Positions 1 through 12,400 of a stretch of DNA of 64,000 nucleotides are shown here, one piece after another. The first letter of the stretch is position 1; every line of letters begins with the position of its first letter. The stretch lies in NCBI RefSeq assembly GCF_018977255.1, contig NW_024704742.1, positions 68,512,001 to 68,576,000 of the forward strand, in the 5' to 3' direction. The stretch comes from Callorhinchus milii (lineage: Eukaryota). The notes below the pieces were generated by a model. That model saw only the letters and a list, made by a program, of their open reading frames with translations. It made no database searches and had not been told where the DNA came from. The position numbers and the translations under genes are program-made.

Positions 1-1277
1 CTTGAAGGCTTAGTTGATGAAGGGCAGGAGGAGGCTCATGTGGAGCATGAACACTGACATAGACCAGTTGGGACGAATGGCCTTTTCTGTGCTGTGCATT
101 CTAATGTATAAACTGCTATATCAAATGCAAGAGGGGGCAAGATGAAGGGACTATGGGCTGGAATTCAAAGAGTGGGAGCAGAGAGGCTGAAGGCCTGACT
201 GCCGATCGTGGGGCGGGCAGGGCGGGAGAGACATGAAGCGGTCCAAAGCTGCTGAGCGGACAGGATGGTATGGATATTAAAACGCAGTCCTTCAATATGA
301 CAAGATTTAGATTTTTGTTGGTGATCCACCCATAAGGTGGGATTTTCTAATAAATACAGTACATATCACAATAATAGTAATTTGCCTCATTCAGACAACA
401 ATTGTATAAATTGGATGGAAATACTTTTACTTTTTATTTAAACCTATGCTGTCGACATGTATTGCAATTTAATTTAAAATTAGGTTTAAAATGGTTGCTG
501 ACCCATGTGCAGCAGTCCCTGGTGAATTGTGCCTTGGGTTGTTTGCTTTTTGGTACACTATTGCATCTTTAGTTTTTTTCATTTCCTGGACTGCTGTGGC
601 TGTTGACCATCTTGAGATGCTGAAGTAATTGTAAATAACTGATCAGTGTTATGATCCATTAACGCAGGCTAAGCAATATTTGCTCACAATGCAGAATTCA
701 GTTCTTCCCTCCCCCTTTCATGCATAAAGATTTTGAATCCGATCCCATGAAATACAGTGAAGGGGCTTTACAACTTTCTGCATATTTTTCAGGCGAGTAA
801 TTCACGGAGGAATATATTAATTTGGATGGACAGGTGCAGCCCAACAAAACTGAAAAAGATTTTATTTTAATTTTATTATTATTATTTATTATTAAGGATG
901 CGATTTGTGAAATAATAATCCATGCATTTGATAGAACGCCTTTTACGTCAGGAGGCTGTCTCAAAGTGCTTCACATGATTACTCTCAAGTGCAGTGACTG
1001 TATTTTATCGATGAACGCCTATTAAACGTGACGATCGAGCAGGGAAAACCCATCATTCGTTTTTGTTGTGGATAGATTGCCCTCTGCTGCTGAGAGGTTA
1101 GGGTAATAGGATTTAAGAAAAATTAAGTGGTGTTCGATTTGGGAAGCAGAGACTTTAATTATCAGAATTTTTTCAGTCAAGACTGTAGTATTCCTTTGTG
1201 TAACCTAGTTATTAAAAATGTGAAATTAAAAATTGGATTAGCATCGAATTTGCAAATAACATTTAAGGTGGACTGCA

Positions 1278-1305
1278 ATGGTGGCAGTGCACATTCACAA
1301 CCCTG
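1278..1305 (+). CDS. PANK2: Candidate short first coding exon of PANK2 (MVAVHIHNP + 1 nt)
   Basis: ATG in strong Kozak context (gcaATGg), in-frame TAA upstream at 1257, consensus donor CTG|gtaagt at 1305/1306. The phase-1 end joins the exon at 3665 in frame (G+CC = Ala), giving MVAVHIHNPAFPWFG, the same leader length as PANK3 and PANK1-beta. Confidence 0.65.
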
Positions 1306-1870
1306 GTAAGTGATTTCCCCACTGATTTCAAGAGGACTACATCTTTATACATTTACCTCCTCTGGAGCTACATGAACTGCAGTATTTGAGTTTGACTGTT
1401 TTGTGTTGGACAGGATTCAGTCAGTAATGTTTTTTTCAAATGGGGATGAATATGAAGCTTAACATCTCTTTAGATGGGATTCTAAACTATTTATTGAATA
1501 GTCGCTCTTAAACCTAGGAAATTGCTATTTAATATAGGTATTTGCATGGACCTACTTGAGTTCTTGCAGTTAAAATTTTACATTATGATCAACCATCCAA
1601 CCTAAGGCGTCGCCTTGGCATCCTTAGTCACATTCTTGCATCCGGGTTGGAAGAATCATCAGACGTAGTCAGTGCTGATAAATAAGTACTAGCATTTTGT
1701 TGCATTGTCAGAGGTGCCATCTTTCAGATGAAACATTCAACTAGAAGAGGAGTGAGTTTCTCCTAGAGTCCAAGCCAGCAGTCCTTCTAATCAATTGTTT
1801 CTTCTTTTAATAATAAAAATAATCCTAGGATTTTATGTAAAAATACATATATATGAGATATAAAGCGAAT

Positions 1871-2360
1871 TCATAGAATCATAGCATTATACAGCACAGA
1901 AGGAGGCCATGCTGGCTCTTGAAAGAGCTATCCAAATTAATCACACTCCCCAAAGCCTTGCAAATTTGTCCTCCCCAAATATCTATCCACTTCTCTCTTG
2001 AAAGTTGTTAGCAAATCAGCTTCCACCACCCTTTCAGGCAGTGTATTCCAGATCCAAACAACTCGCTGTGTAAAAAAAATTTCTCCTCACCTCCCCTCTG
2101 TTTTTTTTGGCAACTATTTTAAATTTGTGTCTTCTGGTTATTGACCCGCCTGCCAGTGGGAACAGTTTTTCCCTGTTCACTGCCCTCAAGATCAAAATCC
2201 CCTCATAATTTTGAACACCTCTATTAACTCTCCCCTTAACCTTTTCTGCTCCAAGGAAAACAATCCTAGCTTCTCTAGTCTCTCCACATAACTCAAGTCC
2301 CCCATTCCTTGTACCATCCTGGTAAATCTCCTTTGTACCCTCTCCAAGGCCTTGGAGAGA
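1871..2360 (-). mobile_element. CR1 LINE 3' fragment
   Basis: Minus-strand peptide NREKLFPL...TRRHKFK...RRNFF is typical of the CR1 ORF2 C-terminus; ends in a (ATTCTATG)-like tail. Confidence 0.85.
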
Positions 2361-3280
2361 TTTCTCCTCTAGCCTCCACACCGTATCGTGCGGCGATCTT
2401 CAGGGCTCTGCCCTCGGTCCCCTCCTCTTCAATATCTATGTGCTCTTTCTTGGTCATGCATCCTTCCGCAGACAAGGGATCAACTTCTACATGTAGGTGG
2501 ATGATGCCCAACACTATCTCTGTGTCTCCACCCTCGACTCCAGGGCCACTGCTGTCCTGACAGAATGTTTGTCAGACATCAAGTCCTGGATGAGAGCTAA
2601 CTTTCCTCAGTTGAACATTAACAAGACCGAGGCTCTCCTGATTGACTCCTGTCAGCGCCTCCACATTTCAGGCGCTGACAGCATCACCATCCATGGTTGC
2701 ACACTCCACCTTCCAAGCCACCCCGTAACATTGGCATCTTGTTTGACTCTCAACTTTATACCCCACATCTGTGCCATGACCCGCTCTGCCTTCCACCTCC
2801 GCAACATCTCCCAGCTCCGCCACTGTCACACCGCAGGCCACCAAAACCCTCATACACGCTTTCATAATAACAAGGCTTGACTATGCAAGTCGGCCTCCGC
2901 AACTCCTCTGTCCATAGGCTGCAGATCAACCAGAACTCTGCAGCCCGTTTCCTCTCCTGCACCAGGCTCCGTGACCCTTTCAACCCCATCCTCGTCTGAC
3001 TCCACTGGCTTCCCATCACACAGAGGATACAGGTCCAGATCCTGGTCCTCACCTTCAAAGCCCTCTATGGTCTTGCTCCCTCCTACCTCTGTGACCTCCT
3101 AATCCCCTGCCATCCTGCCCCACTCCCTCCGCTCAGCAGACACCGGCCTGCTTCACGTCCCCCGCCTCGCCTGCCCCCCATTGGCATGCGGGCCTTCTGC
3201 CACTCTGCCCCCACCCTCTGGAACTCCATCCTGTAGTCCCTCCCTCTCGACCCATTCCTTGCCTCCTTCAAGACCTACAA
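2360..3280 (+). mobile_element. L2 LINE fragment (3' RT region)
   Basis: Degenerate QGSxLGP and DD region, CLSDIKSWMRANFPQLNINKTE and LHWLP motifs with frameshifts. Confidence 0.88.
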
Positions 3281-3664
3281 CTACTTGAGCAGGCAGATAG
3301 ATTCTCAGTTTGACTGTTCATCCGAAGGATGCATGACTTTCAAAGGCATTTGGGAAAACCTTTCGCGTAGAAAATTGGTATCTGCACTTCCTTACAAATA
3401 CTCAGTGTGTTTCATAGCAATTACCTGTGAGATATTTCAATGGGAAAGAATCTGTATCAAATACAAGTATTATTATATACCATCCCAGGATTTTACAAAA
3501 TGAGTGTTAAAGTGAAAACCTGCAATAGATTTTTTTTTTCCCCCCCACCTTTCTGCCCCATTTATCTGTGTGCAAAATTGCTTAGCTGTAATTTTGACCT
3601 AATAAATAATGTATTGGTTTGAATAGTAAGAGATCTCACATATCCATTTTTCCCTTCTTTATAG

Positions 3665-4017
3665 CCTTTCCGTGGTTTGGAATTGACATTGGTGGGACCT
3701 TGGTAAAGCTGGTTTATTTTCAACCGAATGACATTACTATTGAAGAGGAGCATGAGGAAGTGATTAACCTGAGAAGTATACAGAAGTATTTGACATGCAA
3801 TGTAACTTATGGCTCCTCTGGCATCCGTGATGTGCATCTCCAACTCAAAGACTTGACGATTTGTGGGCGTAAAGGGAACTTGCATTTCATACGGTTTCCT
3901 ACCCAAAACATGGGGGCCTTTATTCAGATGGGCAAGGAGAAACACTTTTCAAGTCTGCACACAGTATTATGTGCGACAGGAGGTGGTGCATACAAATTTG
4001 AGGAAGATTTGCGCACA
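3665..4017 (+). CDS. PANK2: Pantothenate kinase 2, coding exon 2 (353 nt)
   Basis: Acceptor tttatag|, donor ACA|gtatgt. Encodes [18 protein letters not shown]...[13 protein letters not shown]...[15 protein letters not shown], the type II PanK ATP-binding loop region. Confidence 0.97.
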
Positions 4018-4284
4018 GTATGTATATCTTGACTCTGCCATTTTTACTTAATCCTGTCATTTTGAGCTACTGGAGTTGTTTCTATTCCTTTTATAAGTAA
4101 ATGTAATGTTTGGAAAAATCTGGTATTAGAAGAAAATTGTGAATGCCTAGTGTAATGTTTTCCTCCGGGTCCCTATACTTTTTAATATTTGTCTTTCAAG
4201 AATTCCTCTTTAATTATTTACTGCCCTTTTACCCACTTACCAACACTAGTAATATTTATTACTGTTTACTCTTCAACAACAGCA

Positions 4285-4900
4285 GCAACAACAACAAATT
4301 CCATTTGCCTTTCACGTCGTCAGGACGGGGAGGAGCGCAGGGAGGTTAGGGGTAGGAGGGTGGCCGAAGGCGCAGTTGAAGAAGAAGGTCTTGAGACGTG
4401 CCTTCAAGGAGGCAAGGGAACGAGCAAGGCAAAGGAACTGTGGGATGAAGGTCCAAAGGGTGGGGCAGAGAGGTTGAAGACCCAACTGCTGATGGTGAGA
4501 TAGGCAGGGGATGTGGAGCAGGCCAGAGCCTGGTGAGCGGAGGGAGTGGACAGGTTGATATGGTGTTAGCAGGTCACAGAGGTAGGAAGGAGCAAGGCCG
4601 TGGACGGTTTTGAAGGTGAGGATTTTGACCTCTATCCTGTGGGAGGTGGGACACCAGTGGAGTCAAGCGAAGATGGGGTTGATAGAGTTACGGAGCCTAG
4701 TGCGGGGAGGATACAAGCTGCAGAGTTCTGGATGATCTGCAGCCTGTGCAGGGAAGAGTTGGGAAGGCCGACAAACAAGGAGTTGGAGTAGTCTATCCTA
4801 GATGTAATAAATGGTGGATGAGGGTTTCGGAGGCCTGAGGGGTGAGGCAGTGGCGGAGTCAGGCAATGCTGCGGAGATGGGGGGAGGCAGAGCGGGTCAT
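4285..4900 (-). mobile_element. L2 LINE 3' fragment
   Basis: Reverse complement resembles the L2 3' portion seen at 2900-3280; (CAA)n tail at about 4280. Confidence 0.8.
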
Positions 4901-6040
4901 GCCATCAAACTGTCATCAATGGGGAAAAAATTAGTCCATTAGTCAATCTGTGCAATATATTCTTGTAAGTCGAATGAAGTCTGCAGGTTGAATGTGTTAT
5001 ACTTGTATTTCTGCTCTTGTATAATTACTGTTTGCACTGGGACTAGAAAATGCGATTATCATCAAACACAACTCTGCTCACATATCCAAAAGTGAATTTA
5101 TATTCATTATGTTGATTAACCTTTCTAGACCTTTTAGAAAAATAAGCTTAGAAAATGCTTTTCTAAGATTTACCCAATAGTGTATCTGCACAAGTGTACA
5201 GTCTGTACTTTATCACCTGATCTGAGCCGAGACAAAAGTAGGAGTAAAATCAGTTTCAGCTCTTCATTGCTGGCTAGTGACATTGGGAGGGTGGATATGT
5301 ACGTGCACACAAGGAAGCCATTCAACCCATTGAAGCTGATGGCAATTTTATTAGATCATAGCAGATCTTTTATTCCCTTGTCCTGCCTTTTCTCCATACA
5401 GCTTTATGTGCCCCTTTTATCTTCCCCCCTCCCTTGCCTACTTCAAGTTCTATCTCAAGACTTTCCTCTTCGACTGTGCCTACAGTCATTATCCCACCAT
5501 CACCCTTTTGCCCTCCACCCCTCCTGACTCCAACCCCAGCTTGGGTGCAAACCCTTGACTGTCCAGCGTCCTTCTGATGTGATCAGCGCTGTATAAATGC
5601 AATCTTTTGGTGTTGTATTTAATTTGTACACCTATTAAGAATTTTTTCATTAGACACCCATTGTCGAGACTAATGCATGGATAGTTGCCATGGATGGAGA
5701 ACTCGCGGAACCATACATTGGTAGAAGTAATAAAAGAGTCAGACATTGTCAGGAGAGATGGGGCAAGAGGAGGAAACTATGTGTGGTAATTAAATCCTGC
5801 ATGTTAAAAACAATGTTGAGACATGTTTAAATGTGTATTGGCCAACAATCCCCAAAATAAAATTGATCACATTCCACGGCCATTTGTGGGCAAATTTGCT
5901 GCAGCATTCACCCACCAAAAACACAGTAACTGCATTTTTCAGTTTAACCTGTGAAGTGCTTTAAGACGTCCTGGAGTGAAAGGTGCTTTATCAAATGTAA
6001 GGATTATTATTACATGGCTGCTGTATTAGCCATAAATATT

Positions 6041-6362
6041 GTGGAGTCCTGTAGCTCAGTGGTTAGAGCACTCGCTATGCAAGCGCGAGACCTGAGTTTA
6101 ATTCCAGGCAGAGGGCGAAATCTTGGGCAAGTTTCCTTACTCCACACAGAGCCTAATAATAATCCCTCCAAAACCAAAAACAATAATAAATTGGTCATTT
6201 TCAATCTACGACTGTTTGTGGGACATTGCTGTGCGCAATTGGCTGCCGCGTTCGCCCACAAATATACAGTCAATTCACTTTACAGGCGTGTTCTGTGAAG
6301 CGCTTTGGGACGTCCTCCCGACGTGAAAAGCGCTATATCAAATGCAAGGATTATTATTATTA
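6041..6362 (+). mobile_element. tRNA-headed SINE (family 1) with L2-like tail
   Basis: Head gtggagtcctgtagctcagtggttagagc...agtttaattcc (A box and degenerate B box), tail gcgctatatcaaatgcaagga(tta)n. Related copies at about 29480-29835, 39614-39955, 41940-42183, 60480-60710 and 61473-61857. Confidence 0.85.
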
Positions 6363-6692
6363 CATTTTGTAGCATATTCTGTTGTGCTTATAATGATAAT
6401 CCTTGCATTTGATATAGTGCCTTATCACATCTTTGAGACGTCTGTCTCAAAGCGCTTATATGGATATACTGTAAAATGAATTGACTATTTTGTGGGTGAA
6501 ACGTGGCAGCCAATTGTACACAAGCAGTATTCCTACAAACAGTGGTGGATTGAGTGACTAAATTATTTTTTATTTTTGAAGGGAATCAGCAGATTGAAAA
6601 GTTTTATTTTTAGCAGTTTCTATTTAGAGTTTGGGCAGTGTTTTTAATATGTTGACAAATAGTAATTTAGGTCTTGCCCTGCTTTCTTTCAG

Positions 6693-6946
6693 ATTGTTAA
6701 TCTCCAGCTTCGAAAACTGGATGAGCTTCATTGCCTTATCCAAGGGATGCTGCATATTGATTCATCAGGTTTTAATGGGTCTGCAGACTGCTATTACTTT
6801 GAGAATCCAACAGATCTGGAAAAATGCAAGAAGGTGGCGTACCCTTTGGACAACCCATATCCACTGCTGCTGGTGAATATTGGCTCAGGAGTCAGCATTT
6901 TGGCTGTGTATTCTAAAGATAATTACAAGCGAGTAACTGGCACCAG
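6693..6946 (+). CDS. PANK2: Pantothenate kinase 2, coding exon 3 (254 nt)
   Basis: Acceptor ctttcag|, donor CAG|gtgagc. Encodes [18 protein letters not shown]...[29 protein letters not shown]; frame continuous with neighbouring exons. Confidence 0.97.
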
Positions 6947-7858
6947 GTGAGCATCAAATGCTGCAACATCAATTAAGGTGCTTATAGTGGTGGAGCGCTC
7001 TGAGACACTGCCCTGCATGGAGGGTGCTGTATCAGTGCAAGTTGTTGAGATGATGTCTTAAAGAAACTACAGAAGATGAATACCTTTTCCATGTATTTTT
7101 AGCTGCATTATGCAATCTGGCTTCATCCCTGGAACCTCTTATGATGTCTAAGTTTTGTAGCCACAATAATCAATAATAAATAATAATCCTTACATTTGCT
7201 ATAGAACCTTTCATGTCGGGTGGACGTCCCAAAGCTCTTCACAGAATTTAATGGAAAATCTAGTGTCGCATGTGTCAGACACCTTGCTGACCAAAACAAA
7301 ATTGCTTGCGATTTAAAATTATTGTGACTTTGCCAATTACTTTTTGGATCGAACTTAATACATTTCTTTTGAAGAAATCAAGATTATAGATACTATTATC
7401 TAATCGTTTTTTTCAAAAAGTTTTACTGTCAAACTCTTGCGTCATTCGACTATTCCTTGAAGTAATGCTTCATTTTGTTACTGATTTTTCTTTTTGGTCT
7501 GGCATCACAGAAACACACCACCATATTTAAGAATATCTAAGTCAAATGACCGAGTTCCACATATTCCTGGAAATTTCCCTTTGTTTGGAATGGCATACAC
7601 ACTCACTCCCTAGAAAGTTTAACAAGCTTGTCATTGTGAATATACACTGTCTGTCAAGCTTCCTGCTTATCCAGCCAGGATTACTCTGCTTCTTTGGCTT
7701 TAGCAATAGCTGAGAAGAAACAATATCCAACGATTGGATTATCATTTCAGTTGTTTATCACTGTGATGGAATGTTACCTAGTTTCTAAATAGAAAATACT
7801 CATTTTATAAAGAGGCAGTATTCGGTATACCATTGGAAACGGTCTCTAATTTATAATA

Positions 7859-10800
7859 ATACCTGTACCTGTTGCAGCTATGCTTGCAACCAAAGGATCC
7901 AATATGGAATGTAGATTTCAGTGATACCACTCACAGACCATTTAACATGCCATAAAAACTGTATGTACACCTTAAGCAAAACTGTCATACATGTGTGATG
8001 AACTTGTTTTGGTCATAACTCATGAACGATAGAAGTTCCCATCAAAGGGTCATCATAGCTCGTGAATGATAGAAGATCTTATCAAAGCTACGCTGACTGA
8101 AGGGGTTTACTGTGTGATATGGCAAGTCCTTGAGTTTTTGCAAGGCTTCCGTGTAGACGACATTTGCAGTTTTTTCTCCTTCAGCCTGATGTACAGGTTT
8201 TGAGATGAATCCACACGTGAGCATCCAACATAGAATTGTCCATGGGAAAAGCAGAGTGTGTTCAAGAAAAGGCCAGCAACCTTTAATCTCTGCCCCTGTG
8301 CCTTGTCAATTGACATGGCAAAGCATATTTGAACATGGAATTATAGCCTTTTGAACTCAAAACTGGTCATCACTTGGGAGCAGTGGGATGCAAGGAATGA
8401 TTACATCTTCCCCTTTGAACTGATCAGTCAGAATAATTGCTTCTATAACTGCTTTACCACCAACATTGCATAGCTTTGGTGGATCTAGATACCTCAGCAG
8501 CGTGATTATGCATCAAAGCTTTAGTATGAGTTTGTGTGGAGGCACACCGGATGGTTTCAAAGAGTTTAAAAACTCAGTTGGGTAGTTAACAGCATTTTCG
8601 ATGTCATGAATAATGTCTATGGACTTGTACACAGTTTCTTGGCCAGGGATGTCATTGAGTAGCTGGGAATTGATCTTGCAGGCAGATTCATTTTTTTGGA
8701 GCAAGGATTGCTCATTGACACAACCATTTATGATATATGTAGTTATGGCTGAGGTTCGGGAAAACGTTTTTGAGCTTTGCTATATCTTGTACAATGGTCC
8801 CACAACCCTCGGGGATCTGAATTTGACCATCTGTTGGATCCACTGGAACTTTGCCAACCCCAGTTTCCAGAAGGAGGTTTGCATATGCCCCAGCTGCAAA
8901 ACTGCAATGAAGGTGGACTCACGTGTTTGTCTTGAGGTTAATCTCCTCCACACATGGCCACAGCCTGGAAGCCTTAAGACTGGCATTCAGTTCATCAGCA
9001 TGGGTACCACGTTGTATGGCAGGTAGTGTCTGGTGGAAGTCTCCTGACAAAATAAGTGTCATCCCTCCCATCATCTGGATGTTTTCTCTGATGTCCTGAA
9101 GTGTCCTGTCCAGAGCCTCAAAGGCATGCTTGTGCGACACAGTGCATTCATCCCACACAATGGTTTTACAGTCCTTGATCAATGTAGCTGCAGCTGTAAC
9201 CTTCTTGATATTGCACACTGGATCCTCTGTATGAGAAAGGTTCAGTGGCAGCTTGAAGGCAGAATGGACTGTTCTGCTGCCCGTAAGTAGAGTTACCGAA
9301 GTAAGCAGAGGACACAACTGCAAGTGCAATTTTTCCCCTGGACCAAATCTTGGCCAAGATGTGATTGATGAGGTATGTTTTTTCTATACCACCAGGTGCA
9401 TCAAGAAAGATAATGCCTCCTTCATTGTGGTCAACTTTGTGAAGATCCTCTGATATGCTGCAGCTTGATCTTCTGTCGTGGTTGATTCTCTCTCCTGGAC
9501 AAACTGCTGCATTTCATATTGGTTATTGGTTGATTTCCTGCAAAAGTTCTCTGGCCATGGTCACATCTTCTGTTCTGTGAATACAGGGCAGACCATAGTG
9601 TGGCAATGCCTTTCCTCCCACAGCCATTAGTTTGTCTTCTAAGTGTATGAGGGCTTGGTTGAAGATGGCATCACTGTAGTCCAACTCAGTTTGTGGATTT
9701 GCACTGCGTAACTAATGGAAAACCTCTTCTGACATGCTTTCTTTGTGGTTATTCTACAGCTGTTTTGGGTTAGACAGACCATAGGTGTGCAGCATGATGG
9801 CAAACAAATCCCTCAGTCTGATAGTAGACCGTGCTGTGGCTGCTTCTTCTAATGTCTGGTTCCAGTGGGCATCGTCTTCTAGGAGACACCTGCAGTGGCA
9901 TGTTTCTCAGAAAGTATTGCAGACTTCGTCATCAACGGTTTTAAGATCCTTATAGCTTATTGGACCTCCCACAATGTGCAGCAATAGCGTTAAGAAGTAG
10001 CATTCAAAGTTGTTTGGATGCGCTGTGTACACCCTGCCAAGTGCGTCACTGGACTTGACAGAGATAGTCTTCAACAGGAGTACCTCGAACTCTTCACTTC
10101 CACTTCTTGGTATGGGAGTTCCATGTGAAATACTTTGGGACCTCCCAGTAGAGAAGGATTTTTGCAAACTCGTCCTGTTGAATAGTTCGAAGAATGAGTT
10201 AGTGTGGTTTTTTGGAGGTTCAAGTGAACCTTTGCCTTTCCCGAACATTTGCTTCTGTAAAAAAAAAAAACACCTTTGGGCGTTTTCAAGGTGAATCTGA
10301 AGGTGTTGGACCACGGGATGTGGATCATGTATGTGGAAGCCCAAAGTTCTCAAGATTGCTTCATTGGTGCTTACATATCGGCACATCTAGTAGTATATTG
10401 CCTTGTCTCTTTGGGCTTCCTCCCTCTCGGGTTGAAACACAGCCATGTTGTATCCCTTGTTCATATATTTGATGCTCTTAGCAGAGTTGCAAAACTCGAC
10501 ATTGATGTGAGTGTTGAAGAGCCAAGGGAAAAAGGGTCTGTATGGGACAACCCAACTGTTGTCTTCTTCCACCTGCTGTTTGCTGTTTGTCAGTACTGAA
10601 TGGCATCCACCACCTCCAGTTGACCTCCAGCCTGTACAAAGGATACCCATCATGACCTGGGTCTCCTGTACGAAGCTCCTTGGATATTGCTTTGAGCAGG
10701 AGTCATCTTTCATGCAGGGAGATTTTTTGTTGAAGTGTCTACATGGACCTTGAATCATGTGTTTCTTTATGATTTCAAAGAGTACAGAGTCTGGATTTGG

Positions 10801-12400
10801 CAGTTTTGCAGAGATGACATCGTCGATTTGCTTAGGCTGTATTTTTTCGATGAGCCACAGAACATACTTTTGACACTCAGTGGTGTAGAGGTAACAATGG
10901 ACTTTGCCAAAGACATGATTTTTGGTGATCAGCTCCATCAGTTTTAAGAACTTTGAAGTGGAAAACCCTGGCTATGAGATCATGGAGGTCCTGTGGCTTC
11001 TGTCCAGGCAACAGTTCCTGCTTGATCCCCTCCCAATTGCGGTTGCCGGTGAATATGATGAACAGGTCAGTTTGATCGTACACTTGCACATAGCACAATG
11101 CATCCTGGGTTCTTTCGTACATAACCATTGGCCCCCGGCCCAGTGAAGCTGGGTGGCAAGATGACCAGTTGACCTACGTTGTAGGTGTCACCAGCGTTTA
11201 TAAGTGCATCCCACAAAAGAATGTACTCCTCAACCCTGAGTTTCTTCTGGTTCAAACAGAAAAGCAGGAGTCTCTCAGCTTCGATCTTGGTATATGTGCC
11301 TATGATGAATTGATGGCAAAGGAAGTTTGTACACAGAAGGATGTTGTAATCGCCTTCACGTTGCATCAACCTATGCGCATAAAGAGCCATAGCAGACACC
11401 TTTTTGTCAGGCCTTGACTGTTCAATGTTGGGATTTGTTTGCCATATCTAGAAATGGTAGCCATCTTCACGTGGGAATAAGGTTGGGTACTGGAGGGCAT
11501 CGTATCCCCTGTTAGTCTCACACACTCATTTGAGTTTGTTGTCATGTTGCTGCAACACAATGTCCTGCTTACCATGTTCTTCACCCACAATTAGGATGGC
11601 TAATTTGTTCATGCTGGCCAGCAGGTGTCTTGTCTGCATGGATGATCATAGCTGAGCGCAGCAAAATGGCGTGATCTTGGCTGATGGGCATCATTTGCTG
11701 TATTCTTGAATGCTTTTCTGCGTCAAAATCTAGCCTTTGAGTGGGAAACTCGTTTTCCCGTGCTCTTGTAATCCTTTCAGCATTGAAGTCCAGCCGTGCT
11801 GTTCTTTGTTCTTCAGTTTCATTTAATTGGTCTTCTCTCTTTTGTCTAGCACTTTTACTTATCCTTGAAAGGCTTGATCTTCGCTTAGGCATCTTTGTAA
11901 TGATAAATGTAAATTTATAATTTATGATCACCGGGACATCCTCCCGACGTGAAAACCACTTCACAAATGTAATTTTGTTGTTGTTTATCTTGTTCCTGCC
12001 GCTTGGCTTCATCCGAGTGGGTGCATGCGTACCTACGTGCTCTGTGATGAATCATGCCATATTGCCACTGTGAGCCGGCGCAGCCACCAGGTGTAACTGC
12101 AGTGTGAGCGTACATATGTACGTGCTCTGAGATGCACGATGCCACAGCGCCACTATGATGCGGCGCGGCCACCAAGTATAACTGCAGTGCAAAACAAAAA
12201 ACTGCCATATATGTGTGATGAGCTTGTTTAGGTCATAGCTCATCAACGATAGGAGATCCCCGAAAACAAATATGCCCATGACATTCCCAGATGAAAGACC
12301 TTTCCGATAAGGTATAAACCATGTCTATCAGCCAATTGGTTATTGAGATCGTGGCTGATACACATGCACAAACACATTATCATTTTATTAGTATAGAAGA
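7859..12400 (-). mobile_element. Decayed Helitron (Rep + PIF1-like helicase), frameshifted
   Basis: 5' end A|TCTTCTATACTAATAAAA at 12400; hairpin gttgcagc-tat-gcttgcaac (7871-7890) near a degenerate 3' CTRR. Fragments encode MPKRRSS...ETEEQRTARL, LFIIFTGNRNW, RYVSTNEA, FLDAPGGIEKT (Walker A), IVWDEC (Walker B), GDFHQTLP, MSIDKAQGQ and FSHGQFYVGCSRV. Confidence 0.93.

Noticed and set aside
6041..6112. tRNA-like sequence (also at 39614, 42120-42183 and 61790-61857)
   Set aside because: No acceptor stem or proper terminator; followed by SINE body and tail, so these are SINE heads and not tRNA genes.
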